The notes beneath the pieces were generated by a model, which was not told the DNA's origin, ran no database searches, and saw nothing but the letters and a program-made list of their open reading frames with translations. A stretch of 64,000 bases of DNA, taken from positions 1,490 through 65,489 of the forward strand of contig JAHYYI010000007.1 of assembly GCA_019425045.1 (NCBI GenBank), read 5' to 3'. Made by a program: the position numbers and the translations under genes. Shown piece after piece: positions 9,248-20,770 of the stretch; the stretch's first letter is position 1; each line of letters opens with the position of its first letter. The DNA is from Collinsella sp. Lineage in GTDB: Bacteria > Actinomycetota > Coriobacteriia > Coriobacteriales > Coriobacteriaceae.

Positions 9248-12058
9248 CTATAGCGAAACAGTTCCGTTTTTCTTGATGCGGGCGAGTATGTTTTTGAGCT
9301 TGTTAAAGTCGAGCGGTTTGGGCAGATGGGCGTTCATACCGGCATCGTGTGCCGCTTTGGCGTCCTCGTTGAAGGCGTTGGCAGTGAGCGCGATGATGGG
9401 GATGTCGGCTGCATCGGCCTTTTCGCTCAGACGAATCGCGCGGGTTGCCTCGTAGCCATCCATGCCCGGCATCATGATGTCCATCAGGATCGCATCGAAG
9501 CTGCCGGCGGGACGACTAACGTATAGGTCGACTGCTTTGTTGCCGTCGGCGGCGCGCGTTACGACGATGCCTTCGCTTTCGAGTAGAGCCTGGGCAATTT
9601 CGGCATTGAGCTCGTTGTCTTCTGCCAAAAGGACGTTCATGCCGGCAAGCGAGCAACTGTATGCCTGCTTGGACGCACGTTCTTTTATCTGAGGGTTCTT
9701 GTCGATATCGAGCGGAATCCGGACGTCAAACGTACTCCCCACGCCAACCTCACTCGAAATCTCAATCGTGCCGCCCATCATATCGATGAGCGATTTGACG
9801 ATAGACATGCCAATGCCGGTTCCTTGGAACTTGCTGCGCGCATCGTCGCCTTCCTGGGCAAACGGCTCGTAAATGTGTGCCAAAAACTCGGATGTCATAC
9901 CAATGCCGGTATCCGAGACGCTAAAGCAAAACACGGCGTGCTCGTCGTCGACCGGTTTGATGGTCGATGAGAACGTGACGGTGCCTCCGTGCTTGTTGTA
10001 CTTGATGCTGTTGTCGAGCAGGTTGACAAGGATCTGCCGAATATGGGTGGGGCTGCCGATCATATATTGGTCGACAGCGTAGGGCTCGCTGGTGTCGAGC
10101 ATGGTTATGCCGCGGTCCGATGCGCGGAGCTTGCACAGTACGAGCGCATTGTCGCACAGCTCTTTAAGGTTGAATGATTCGTGCTCGAGCGTCACTTTGC
10201 ACTCCTCGATCCTGCCCATCTCGAGGATGTCGTTAATCAGTGACAGCAGGTGATTGGCGGCAACGCGCGCCTTGGCGCGGCTTTCGCGGGCGACCTGCAT
10301 GTCGCCTTCTCTCAATTCCTCAATTTCGATAAGGCCTAGGATGCCGTTGAGCGGCGTGCGGATGTCGTGGCTCATGCGCGTGAGGAAAGCGGTTTTGGCG
10401 GCGTTGGCGGCATCGGCTTTCTGCCGTTCCTCCTGTGCGCGGTAAAGCGACCAGACAAGGATGACGATGCCGGTGAGCAAAATGCAGATGACGACTGCCG
10501 CAATGACGATGCGGTTGCGGTAGAGAAGTCGGAACGCATCCGATTCTTGCGCCGAGTACGATGTGGGGAAATAGCTGTTTGCAGAGAGCGATTCACCTGC
10601 ATTGACGATGCCCTTATTGATGATTCCCAGCAGCTCGGGCTTGCCGCGCGAAATTAAACACGATAGTTGTGCCGTGTTGGTGAGTTCCTGTGTTTCGAAA
10701 TCCTCGATGTCGTAGATGTCGCGGAGAGTTTCCAGGCGCGTGCTGGGGACAATGATGCAACGTGCCTTCCCCTCATCGAGGGCTTTGAGCACCTCGCCGT
10801 CATTCGAATACTCGGTTACCGTTGCGTTCGGAAAGAGACTTTCGAGCTCAAAACGGTTAACGATTGTGCTCTTTGTACAAGCGATGTTCTTAAGGTCGCT
10901 GTTCAGGTTTTTGCCACTGTGAATGGCGGTCAGCGAAACCGTTCCCATCGAGTTTGACTGGATGACCCCTGTCTGCTCGGCGAGCCAGTAGTCGCGAAAC
11001 AACGGCAGGGCGACATCGATGGTCCCGTTGGAAAGGGCTTTGATCATTTGTTTGTTGCTCGAGAGTGCGATTGTTTTGACCGTAATGCCAAACTTGTCGT
11101 GCAACGTCGTTGCAAGCGAGGCGAGCGACCCTTCCATCTCGCCGTCGTCATTTTGCGTACAGTAGGGAAGTTGGTTTTTAAGATAGCCGATCGTGATGGT
11201 ATTGCCGTTTTCTTTGAGCCAGGTGGTCTCGGGGCCGGTGAGCGATGACGAGCCACTGTTTTGGGTCGAGTAACTCGATTTGACTTCCTCGTTATAGCGC
11301 GGGTTATCGCGGGCGATGGTTGTCATGGCGGCGTTGATGTCGTTCATCAGATCAGGGCGGCTTTTGGGAACGGCAAAATAGTAGTCGCTCGAGCCTACGT
11401 AGAACATGGGTGACGCATCGGGCGACGAAATGGTGTCGTTCATGATGACGGCGTCGACCTCGCCGTCTGCAAGCGCCTCAAAGAGGGCACTGCCGGTGTC
11501 GATTTCTTTATAGGTGCAGGTAACGCCTTCGTCGGCGAGCCACTGCTGGCCGACGATAGTTTGCATAACGCCAGAGTTGCAGCCGATGGTGAGGCCTTGG
11601 AGCGCCTGGGGGTCACCCTTGGCCAGGTCGTCGCGGTCGGGCCTGGCGTAGATGTAGTAGCGCTCGGTGCCCTCGGGGTTCGAGGAAAAGAGCAGCTTCT
11701 GCTCGCGTTCTGCCGAATACGAGATGTTGGGCATGAGGTCGATTTCGCCTGCCTCGAGCATGTCCATAAGCTCGGAGAAGGTGCCGCTAACGTATTCGTA
11801 TTGCCAGCCCTTTGTGTAATACGAGAGGGTCTGGAGGTACTCGTAGCCCCATCCCGAGAGGCGCTCGCCCGGCGTGCCTTCCTGGAAGCCTTTGTTGTTG
11901 ACGAGCCAGCCAACGCGGACCGTCTTGACCTGCTGGTCGGAGTCGGCGGCAAAGGCTGGGGTGGGCATGACGGCGCTCAGTAGTGTGAGCGCAGCAAGCG
12001 CGACGGCTAGGGTGCGATATAGGGCTAAGCGAAGGACGGCGGAAGGTTTCACAGGCAA
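9248..12058 (-). CDS. Hybrid sensor histidine kinase / response regulator with two extracellular solute-binding domains
   Basis: MSHDIRTPLN H-box, NLLDNSIKY, DTGIG, GTGIG, receiver LAEDN..MDIMMP; start uncertain. Confidence 0.92.
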   Translation of the reverse strand: MPVKPSAVLRLALYRTLAVALAALTLLSAVMPTPAFAADSDQQVKTVRVGWLVNNKGFQEGTPGERLSGWGYEYLQTLSYYTKGWQYEYVSGTFSELMDMLEAGEIDLMPNISYSAEREQKLLFSSNPEGTERYYIYARPDRDDLAKGDPQALQGLTIGCNSGVMQTIVGQQWLADEGVTCTYKEIDTGSALFEALADGEVDAVIMNDTISSPDASPMFYVGSSDYYFAVPKSRPDLMNDINAAMTTIARDNPRYNEEVKSSYSTQNSGSSSLTGPETTWLKENGNTITIGYLKNQLPYCTQNDDGEMEGSLASLATTLHDKFGITVKTIALSSNKQMIKALSNGTIDVALPLFRDYWLAEQTGVIQSNSMGTVSLTAIHSGKNLNSDLKNIACTKSTIVNRFELESLFPNATVTEYSNDGEVLKALDEGKARCIIVPSTRLETLRDIYDIEDFETQELTNTAQLSCLISRGKPELLGIINKGIVNAGESLSANSYFPTSYSAQESDAFRLLYRNRIVIAAVVICILLTGIVILVWSLYRAQEERQKADAANAAKTAFLTRMSHDIRTPLNGILGLIEIEELREGDMQVARESRAKARVAANHLLSLINDILEMGRIEECKVTLEHESFNLKELCDNALVLCKLRASDRGITMLDTSEPYAVDQYMIGSPTHIRQILVNLLDNSIKYNKHGGTVTFSSTIKPVDDEHAVFCFSVSDTGIGMTSEFLAHIYEPFAQEGDDARSKFQGTGIGMSIVKSLIDMMGGTIEISSEVGVGSTFDVRIPLDIDKNPQIKERASKQAYSCSLAGMNVLLAEDNELNAEIAQALLESEGIVVTRAADGNKAVDLYVSRPAGSFDAILMDIMMPGMDGYEATRAIRLSEKADAADIPIIALTANAFNEDAKAAHDAGMNAHLPKPLDFNKLKNILARIKKNGTVSL

Positions 12059-12138
12059 TCCTATCGAGTCGAGATAGTATCACATAAGGATACCAGCTCA
12101 ACCTGCCCACTCAGCCACCGCACCGCTAAACGGTCAGG

Positions 12139-12194
12139 TAGTCATTGGGGACGTTCTTGTTTGACTAGTCATTTAAGAACGTCCCCAATGACTA
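12139..12194. repeat. REP-like palindrome, family B copy 2
   Basis: TAGTCATTGGGGACGTTCTT...GACTAG...AAGAACGTCCCCAATGACTA. Confidence 0.85.
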
Positions 12195-12265
12195 GTTCCG
12201 TTTGCGGGGGAGGCGTGGGACAATACCGAGCGAATGTGATTGGGCGTCTGGGAAAAGAGGTCGCG

Positions 12266-12691
12266 ATGAACAAGTTGAGGACGCTTGCTGACGTGTTGCG
12301 CCAGGCTGGCTTTGCGCGCATCACGGGCCTGTTTCTCGTCTTCTATCTGCTGTGCTCGACGGCCGTCTGGCTGTCCGAGCCCACGACCCTCACGTTTGGC
12401 GACGGCCTCTGGTTTAGCTTTGAGACCGTATCGACGATCGGCTTCGGTGATATCCCGGCCGAGACGCCGGTTGCCCGCGCTATCACCGTCGTTTTGAGCG
12501 TCATCAGCATCTTCTACATCGCCATGCTCACGGGCGTGGCGGTGAACTACTGCAATACGCTCATCAAGATGCGCCAAAAGGACACCATGGCGCGCTTTAT
12601 GGACGATCTTGAGCATCTGGAAGAGCTCGATCGCGATGAGCTCGCCGACCTGTCGCGCCGCGTGCGCGAATATCGCCGACGCCAACGCTAG
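12266..12691 (+). CDS. Two-TM potassium channel family protein
   Basis: TVSTIGFGD selectivity-filter motif between two TM helices; GAGG RBS. Confidence 0.85.
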   Translation: MNKLRTLADVLRQAGFARITGLFLVFYLLCSTAVWLSEPTTLTFGDGLWFSFETVSTIGFGDIPAETPVARAITVVLSVISIFYIAMLTGVAVNYCNTLIKMRQKDTMARFMDDLEHLEELDRDELADLSRRVREYRRRQR

Positions 12692-12726
12692 GGCGGGCGC
12701 CGCGCGTCACAACAAGGGGGCTGAAT

Positions 12727-13260
12727 ATGAATATCACGGTATACCTGGGCGCCAGCGTCGGTAACGACCCGGCGTTTCTGCCTGCGGTGCAGCAGCTCGG
12801 CACATGGATTGGCTCCAACGGCCACGCGCTGGTATACGGCGGGTCCAAGTCGGGGCTGATGGGCGCGCTCGCCGATAGCGTGCTCGATGCCGGCGGACAC
12901 GTGACCGGTGTGGAGCCGAGCTTTTTTATCGAGGCCGAGTTTCAACATGACGGTATCGACGACCTTATCGTGACGAGTGACATGGCCGAACGCAAGGCCA
13001 AGATGATTGAGCTCGGTGACGCGTTCATCGCCTTTCCCGGTGGGACGGGTACGCTCGAGGAGATTGCCGAGGTCATGTCCGCCGTGTCGTTGGGGCATCT
13101 CGATGCGCCGTGCATTCTGTACAACCTTGGGGGCTACTACAACGATCTTAAGGCGTTGCTCGAGCACATGATTGATAAAGGGCTTTCGAGCCCGAGGCGC
13201 CAGCACGGCATCTACTTTGCCGACGATTTGCGCGAGATTGCCTCGATTATCAACGGATAA
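12727..13260 (+). CDS. LOG family nucleotide phosphoribohydrolase (TIGR00730-like)
   Basis: LVYGG..GLMG, MAERK, PGGTGTLEE. Confidence 0.9.
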   Translation: MNITVYLGASVGNDPAFLPAVQQLGTWIGSNGHALVYGGSKSGLMGALADSVLDAGGHVTGVEPSFFIEAEFQHDGIDDLIVTSDMAERKAKMIELGDAFIAFPGGTGTLEEIAEVMSAVSLGHLDAPCILYNLGGYYNDLKALLEHMIDKGLSSPRRQHGIYFADDLREIASIING

Positions 13261-13385
13261 GTCTTGAGCCTGCCCCACTATGACTCCCAATGGTGCCGTT
13301 TGCGGCGCAGACGGTTGGCTCGTTCGGGCAACGCTCGCTCTACAATAAAACGTATCTTTGCCGAATTTGACCACGGGAGGTCCCG

Positions 13386-14690
13386 ATGGATAGTCTTGCA
13401 AAACCCAAAAACCGTGCGCTGTTTTTAGTTAGCGTTGCCGTGACCGGTGCGTTCGCAGGCGCCGCGGTCTGGCTGTTCTTTTTTGCGATGGAGCACGGTG
13501 TCGACTATCTGTGGACCGAGATTCCGCACGCGCTGGGCGTCGCTTCGCCTGAGCTCGCGAGCGGCCCGTTCGGTTTTCTGCCGTACCCGTTTTTTGTCTG
13601 CTTGCTGGGCGGCCTGCTGATCGGTCTGTACGAAAAGATGACGGGCACCAAGACCGACGACCTTAACCAGGTGATGGCCAAGGTTAAACAGGACGGTTGC
13701 TACCCGTACGACAACCTGGGCAAGCTTTCGCTTGCGGCATTGCTGCCGCTGCTGTTTGGCGGAAGCATTGGACCGGAGGCCGGCCTGACCGGCGTTATCG
13801 CGGGCCTGTGCAGCTGGGTCGGCGACCGCATGCGTCGCTTTGGCGTCGAGTTTAGGCAGCTCACGCTGCTGGGCACCCAGGCCGCCCTGACGGCGCTCTT
13901 CACCGCGCCCGTCTTTGGCTTTGTGGCGCCGCTCGCCGGTAGCGCTGACGGCCAGGGCGCCGACGACGATGGAGACTCCGAATCCGACGAGATCACCATC
14001 AAACTGCCCAAGGCGCAAAAGACCGTGGTCTACGGCATCGCGATTGCCGGCGGCCTGGGCACCTATCTACTGCTCGGCCAACTCATGGGCGGCGGTATGG
14101 GTATGCCGAGGTTCGAGGCTGCCCGGGTGGGCAACCTTGAGCTTGCCTGGCTTATTCCCCTGGCACTCATCGGTACGGCCTGCGGCTGGCTGTACTTTGT
14201 CTCGGAGCACGCGAGCGAGGCGTTGGCCCACGCCATAGGGGAGCGCCCTGTCGTCAAGGCCATGCTGGCCGGTCTGGCGCTCGCCATCTGTGGCACGGTC
14301 CTGCCCTACACCATGTTTGCCGGCGAGACCCAAGCCGACGTGCTCATGGAGACCTATCTGACCATTCCCGCCGGCGTGCTTATCGCGACCGGTCTTGTTA
14401 AGGCCATGCTGACGCCCGCCCTCATCAACCTTGGTTGGCGTGGCGGCCACTTCTTCCCGGTTATCTTCTCGGGTGTGAGCCTGGGCTATGGCCTTGCCAT
14501 CCTCACCGGCGCCGATCCGGTCTTTTGCGTCGCCGTCTGCACGGCCTCGACGATGGGCGCCGTTATGCGTCAGCCGGTCATGGTTGTGGGCTTGCTGCTC
14601 ATGTGCTTCCCACTCAAGGGCATCGTCTGCATGATCATCGCCGCCGTCATCGCGACGGGCATTCCGCTGCCCAAGCCGCTGCGCAAGTAG
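13386..14690 (+). CDS. ClC-family chloride channel/transporter
   Basis: GGSIGPEAG, GWRGGHFFP, many TM segments. Confidence 0.8.
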   Translation: MDSLAKPKNRALFLVSVAVTGAFAGAAVWLFFFAMEHGVDYLWTEIPHALGVASPELASGPFGFLPYPFFVCLLGGLLIGLYEKMTGTKTDDLNQVMAKVKQDGCYPYDNLGKLSLAALLPLLFGGSIGPEAGLTGVIAGLCSWVGDRMRRFGVEFRQLTLLGTQAALTALFTAPVFGFVAPLAGSADGQGADDDGDSESDEITIKLPKAQKTVVYGIAIAGGLGTYLLLGQLMGGGMGMPRFEAARVGNLELAWLIPLALIGTACGWLYFVSEHASEALAHAIGERPVVKAMLAGLALAICGTVLPYTMFAGETQADVLMETYLTIPAGVLIATGLVKAMLTPALINLGWRGGHFFPVIFSGVSLGYGLAILTGADPVFCVAVCTASTMGAVMRQPVMVVGLLLMCFPLKGIVCMIIAAVIATGIPLPKPLRK

Positions 14691-14784
14691 CACGGTAGCG
14701 CGCGGGCAATACAAACATCTCAAGCCCGGTGTGGGCGCTGTGTCACGGATTTGCGGGTGGACTGAATCTCGCCTGGCACCGACG

Positions 14785-15660
14785 CTACTTCCAAATCGCG
14801 AGCGCGGCGGTGCCCAGCACGATGAGGAAAAGGCCGATGGCGCTTCGATGCGACAGCTTTTCGTTGAAGGCCAGTCGTGCGAACAGCACCGATACGACAA
14901 TCGATAGTTTGTCGATTTGCACGACGACGCTCACCTGGCCTGCAGCGATGGCGTAGTAGTACAGCAGCCACGACGCGCCGGTCGCAATGCCCGATGCCGC
15001 AAGAAATGCGAGTTCGCGCGGGTCAATGCGCGCGACCTGCTCCAGCTTTCCCTTGACAGCCACGATTGCCCATGCCATAACAAGTACCACACAGGTGCGG
15101 ATTGCCGTGGCCAGGTTTGACTCGACACCTTCGATGCCGATCTTGGCGAGGACGGAGGTGAGTGCCGCGAACACGGCGGCGCCGAGGGCGTAAGCGAGCC
15201 AGGCTCGGTCTTGCTTTTGCCCTGCGCCGACGGACTGCTTTTTCTCGATCATCAAAAACGTGCCGAGCGTGATAACTGCGGTTCCCACGAGCTTGACCGC
15301 CAGGTTGCCTGTCTCACCAAAAAGCACTATGGCGATCAGCACGGCGAGCACGGTGCTCATCTTGTCGACGGGTACAACCTTGTTGACGTCTCCGATGCTG
15401 AGCGCCTTAAAGTAACAGATCCACGAGGCGCCGGTGGCGAGTCCCGAGAGGGTGAGGAATAGCCAGGCTTTGGCGGGAATGGTGCCGATTGCTCCGATGG
15501 ATCCAGAAATGCCCGCCATTGCCCAGGCAAATACGAGCACCACGCAAGTACGGATGGCGGTTGCAACGTCGGAGTCGGTGTGCCTGATGCCGCATTTGGC
15601 CAAAATGGATGTGATGCCGGCAAAGAAAGCTGATGCAAATGCTGCTGTAACCCACGACAC
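14785..15660 (-). CDS. EamA/DMT family transporter
   Basis: Two repeated halves (LAK.GI..S..ATAIRT, SG.ATGASW, DK.S). Confidence 0.9.
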   Translation of the reverse strand: MSWVTAAFASAFFAGITSILAKCGIRHTDSDVATAIRTCVVLVFAWAMAGISGSIGAIGTIPAKAWLFLTLSGLATGASWICYFKALSIGDVNKVVPVDKMSTVLAVLIAIVLFGETGNLAVKLVGTAVITLGTFLMIEKKQSVGAGQKQDRAWLAYALGAAVFAALTSVLAKIGIEGVESNLATAIRTCVVLVMAWAIVAVKGKLEQVARIDPRELAFLAASGIATGASWLLYYYAIAAGQVSVVVQIDKLSIVVSVLFARLAFNEKLSHRSAIGLFLIVLGTAALAIWK

Positions 15661-15728
15661 GGGTTGAGCGCCTCCTCATAAAAGACCGCGCCAGATCTGC
15701 GGCGCATGCCCGATGATACCGCGCTTGC

Positions 15729-16427
15729 CTACAGGTCGCGTGCTCGATAGACCTTGGTACTGATGGCGCAACTCAGTGCAAAGAGCACGAGGGCCAGTAC
15801 GGCAATTCCTGCGCACAGGCAGCCGAGGACGGCGGGATCGGGGTTTGCCCCAGTAATCGACATGAGCCAGTTGCTGATGGGGTTGGAGGAGCTCAGCGTG
15901 GCCATGGCAAGGCATCCGAGCAGGGCAAACAGGCCGACGGAAAAGCGCAGCGCCTCCATGTGTCCAAATCGGAAGAACAGCGGCTGTGCCAAAAACACCA
16001 TCATGAGGGAGATGAGCATCGATGCGGCGGAGGCTATCGTGGTCTCAAAGACGATCTGTCCCGTCGAGGGGATACCCACGCTGTTGAAGAGCGGGATGGA
16101 GACGATGCTCAGAAGCGCGGCGGCGCACGCCATGACGGCCGAGAAGACAATGATGCTCAGGTAGCGTGCACAGATGATGTCTTTGCGCGAGAGGGGCAGC
16201 GTTGCCCGATAGCGCTCCCATCCGTTTTGATTGTCGTAGCCGGCCAGCGAGTTCATGACCACGATGGGCGACATGGCACTGACCGCACAGGCGCCGGCGC
16301 TCATACCGGAATCGCCATCCGATGCGTTGGCGAGGGTCAGTACGACGAAGATGAACAGGCCGACGCCCGCGATGCTCGGGACAAGCGTGCGGACGATGGC
16401 GAGCTCAGACATAAAGGCGCGTTTCAT
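15729..16427 (-). CDS. ABC-2 type transporter permease
   Basis: YDNQNGWERYRATLPLSRKDII.ARY; about 6 TM; stop/start overlap with the ATPase. Confidence 0.85.
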   Translation of the reverse strand: MKRAFMSELAIVRTLVPSIAGVGLFIFVVLTLANASDGDSGMSAGACAVSAMSPIVVMNSLAGYDNQNGWERYRATLPLSRKDIICARYLSIIVFSAVMACAAALLSIVSIPLFNSVGIPSTGQIVFETTIASAASMLISLMMVFLAQPLFFRFGHMEALRFSVGLFALLGCLAMATLSSSNPISNWLMSITGANPDPAVLGCLCAGIAVLALVLFALSCAISTKVYRARDL

Positions 16428-17305
16428 TTCGAAGCCCCTTTCAGCATGAGGCGAAGATAGTCATCAATTGTTGCCCGGTCGCAGGGAATCTCGGGGAAGG
16501 CCTCGAGCGCCTCGCGACGGTTGGGCACGAGCACGTCCACGCTATAGGCGTGGTGGGCGGCACGGGCGCCTTCGACGCAAGCCATGAGCTCGGACGCCTG
16601 TGCTTGGGTGCAGTGGGCGATGCCGGCTCGGTCGGTAATGTCCTCGCGCGGCAGGTCAAACACAATCGAGCCGTTATCGATGCAGATGACGCGGTCGGCA
16701 GTGCGATCGAGGTCGGATGTAATGTGGCTTGAGAGCAGCACGCTGTGCTGGCCGTCGGCGACAAAGGCAAGCAACTCGTCGAGCAGTTCCTCGCGCGCCA
16801 TGGGATCGAGGCCCGCGGTGGCTTCGTCCAAAACGAGCAGCTTAGCATTGTGACTGAGCGCACAGGCGAGCTGCAGCTTCATGCCCATGCCGCGGGAGAG
16901 GTCCTTGACCTTCGTCTTGGGATCGAGGCCAAATCGGTCGATGAATCCGGCGAACGTTTCGCAGCTCCACGTGGGGTATGCCGGGCCTACGAGCCTCTCG
17001 ACCTGGCCCACCTTGAGCGTGGAGGGGAAGGGACACGTGTCCAGGACAAGCCCGATGCGGGAGCGCAGGTGGCGCTGCGTCTCGTCGGGCGCGTTGGCGT
17101 CGCAGCGCTGTCCAAGCAGATGCACCTCGCCGGCATCGAGCTTTATAAGCCCAAGCGCGGCGCGAATGGTCGTTGTCTTGCCGGCGCCATTTGCGCCCAC
17201 AAAGCCAACGATCTGGCCGGGCTCCACGGCGAGTGTGACCACTCGCAACGAAAAACGGTCGCTCACACGGCGTGAGATGCCTTTGAGTTCTAAAAGGTTT
17301 TGCAT
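16424..17305 (-). CDS. ABC transporter ATP-binding protein (YtrB-like)
   Basis: GANGAGKTT, LSRGM, LDEATAGLD, SSH. Confidence 0.92.
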   Translation of the reverse strand: MQNLLELKGISRRVSDRFSLRVVTLAVEPGQIVGFVGANGAGKTTTIRAALGLIKLDAGEVHLLGQRCDANAPDETQRHLRSRIGLVLDTCPFPSTLKVGQVERLVGPAYPTWSCETFAGFIDRFGLDPKTKVKDLSRGMGMKLQLACALSHNAKLLVLDEATAGLDPMAREELLDELLAFVADGQHSVLLSSHITSDLDRTADRVICIDNGSIVFDLPREDITDRAGIAHCTQAQASELMACVEGARAAHHAYSVDVLVPNRREALEAFPEIPCDRATIDDYLRLMLKGASK

Positions 17306-17328
17306 GGTATAGCCTTTCTTGCAGATGG

Positions 17329-17709
17329 CTACTGCATGGTTTCGGGGGCTACGAGGTCGAGCATCTCGTGCAGCTTGTCGCGCGTGACGCCCAAGGCTTC
17401 GGCTTGGCTCGCCGCTTTCGCAAGCAGCTCTTCGATATGGCAGAGCTGATTTTCGCGCAAGAGTTCTTGGTTGCCCTCGGCGACAAAACAGCCCTTGCCC
17501 TGCACGGTGCAGATAAAGCCGAGTTGCTCCAGGTCGGCGTAGGCGCGCTTGGTGGTGATGACACTCACGCCAAGATCGCTCGCGAGTGCACGGATGCTGG
17601 GGAGTTTGGCTCCCGCAGCGAGCGCGCCCGAAAGGATCTGAGCTTTGACCTGTGAGGATATCTGTTCGTAGATAGGCTTATCGCTCGAATTGGATAGGAT
17701 GATGTCCAC
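17329..17709 (-). CDS. GntR (YtrA subfamily) transcriptional regulator
   Basis: PIYEQI, LPSIRALA, SVITTKRAY, GKGCFV; short, heads an ABC operon. Confidence 0.92.
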   Translation of the reverse strand: MDIILSNSSDKPIYEQISSQVKAQILSGALAAGAKLPSIRALASDLGVSVITTKRAYADLEQLGFICTVQGKGCFVAEGNQELLRENQLCHIEELLAKAASQAEALGVTRDKLHEMLDLVAPETMQ

Positions 17710-17736
17710 AGCGGCTCCTTAGCTGTTGGGTTACAC

Positions 17737-17770
17737 GTGTATATAACCGGTAAGCACAGTATATATACAC
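17737..17770. promoter_or_regulatory. Putative YtrA-type operator
   Basis: GTGTATATA-N16-TATATACAC inverted repeat just upstream of gntR. Confidence 0.6.
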
Positions 17771-17834
17771 TATGCACAGTTATGCAAGAGCTAAATGTGG
17801 AATAGCCCATCGGCGCCGCGCTTGCTCCAAAACA

Positions 17835-18131
17835 ATCTCAATCTGTAACACCTGGGTCCGTTTTGGGTCGCCTGCTGTTACAGATCGAGATCTTATTTGT
17901 CCGCTTGCCTATTTGTCTCAGTCTGTAACAGTAAGAGTCGATTTGCGCGGCTAGATGTTACAGAACGAGACATTGGCGGCTCGCCTTCCCGTTTATCTCG
18001 ATTTGTAACAGCTAGACCCAATTTGGGCGGTCAGATGTTACAAATCGAGATTGTGCCGGCGGGCCTGCCGGTTTGTCTTGATCTGTAACAGGTAGAGGCT
18101 CAAAACCCGTCTTACTGTTACAGATCGAGAC
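17835..18131. repeat. Alternating-orientation repeat array: 8 x 15-16 bp repeat, 25-bp spacers, 40-bp period
   Basis: TCTCGATCTGTAACA-like at 17836, 17916, 17996, 18076; reverse complement at 17876, 17956, 18036, 18116. Confidence 0.95.
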
Positions 18132-18268
18132 AGTCCTTGAGGCGACTGCCAGGTGCACAACGAGCTTGGCTAATGAATTTGTCCTGATAGGTGCCCTATG
18201 GCGGGATTTCGCGGCTACAATGGTGCGGTTACAACGACGTAATGCACTCAATGCAAGAAAGGATCCGC

Positions 18269-19882
<1,614 letters not shown>

Positions 19883-19982
19883 CGCATCGGCGCGGTGGCC
19901 CTGCGGGGCTGCCGCGCCGTTTACTTGCCTGATGCCGTATGAGCGGCTATCATACCCACCGTCGTCTCAAGACCGGGGCGTC

Positions 19983-20032
19983 CGAGCAGTTCGGGTCCGA
20001 TATCCTGCTCGTTAAACCTAAAACCAAAGGAG
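19983..20032 (+). promoter_or_regulatory. Candidate preQ1-I-like riboswitch
   Basis: CGAGCAG/CTGCTCG stem, loop starting TTCG, A-rich tail TTAAACCTAAAACC running into RBS AAGGAG; upstream of a VUT-family gene. Confidence 0.5.
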
Positions 20033-20038
20033 TACATA

Positions 20039-20761
20039 ATGATCAAGAAGGTCATGGAGGACTACAAGGTCCTGTTGCGGAGCATTCCCGCGGCAACGGT
20101 TTCGCTGTTTTTCGTGAGCGTCATCATGATGAACCTGCTGGCCAACAAAGAGCTCATCAGCCTGCCGTATCTGGCACTCGATTGCGGCTTTGTGGTGAGC
20201 TGGGTTTCGTTTTTGTGCCAGGACATGATCTGCAAGCGCTTTGGCGCCAAGGCATCCATCAAAATCTCTATCCTCGCGCTGCTGGTCAACCTGGCCGTGA
20301 GCCTGTGCTTTTGGGCATGCTCGCTCACGCCCGGCATGTGGGGCGCCTACTACGACACGGGCATGATCGAGGTCAACAGCGCTCTTAACGCCACCATTGG
20401 CGGCACCTGGTACGTGGTGCTGGGCTCTTCGCTGGCAATGCTCGTTTCTGCCGTGGTTAATTCCACGCTCAACCAGTCGCTCGGCCGTATGCTCAAAAAG
20501 AATAACTTTGCGAGCTTTGCCTTCCGTTCCTATGTGTCCACGGGTGTTGGCCAGTTTATCGACAACCTGGTCTTTGCCATTGTGGTGAGCCATACGTTCT
20601 TTGGTTGGACCTGGGTGCAGGTCCTTATGTGCTCGCTGACCGGCGCCGTTGCCGAGCTGCTGTGCGAGGTCTTCCTGAGCCCCGTGGGCTACAAGGTCGT
20701 GCGTGGCTGGGAGCGTGAGAATGTGGGCGCCGAGTACCTCGAGCGCCACGCAACCGCCTAA
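20039..20761 (+). CDS. VUT/YhhQ family transporter (putative queuosine precursor transporter)
   Basis: MNLLANK, F..QDMI..RFG, RSYVSTGVGQFIDNLVF. Confidence 0.8.
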   Translation: MIKKVMEDYKVLLRSIPAATVSLFFVSVIMMNLLANKELISLPYLALDCGFVVSWVSFLCQDMICKRFGAKASIKISILALLVNLAVSLCFWACSLTPGMWGAYYDTGMIEVNSALNATIGGTWYVVLGSSLAMLVSAVVNSTLNQSLGRMLKKNNFASFAFRSYVSTGVGQFIDNLVFAIVVSHTFFGWTWVQVLMCSLTGAVAELLCEVFLSPVGYKVVRGWERENVGAEYLERHATA

Positions 20762-20770
20762 GGAGCAAGT

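Noticed and set aside
17835..18131. Calling the array a CRISPR
   Set aside because: Repeats are only 15-16 bp and alternate in orientation, spacers resemble each other, and no cas genes are in the window.
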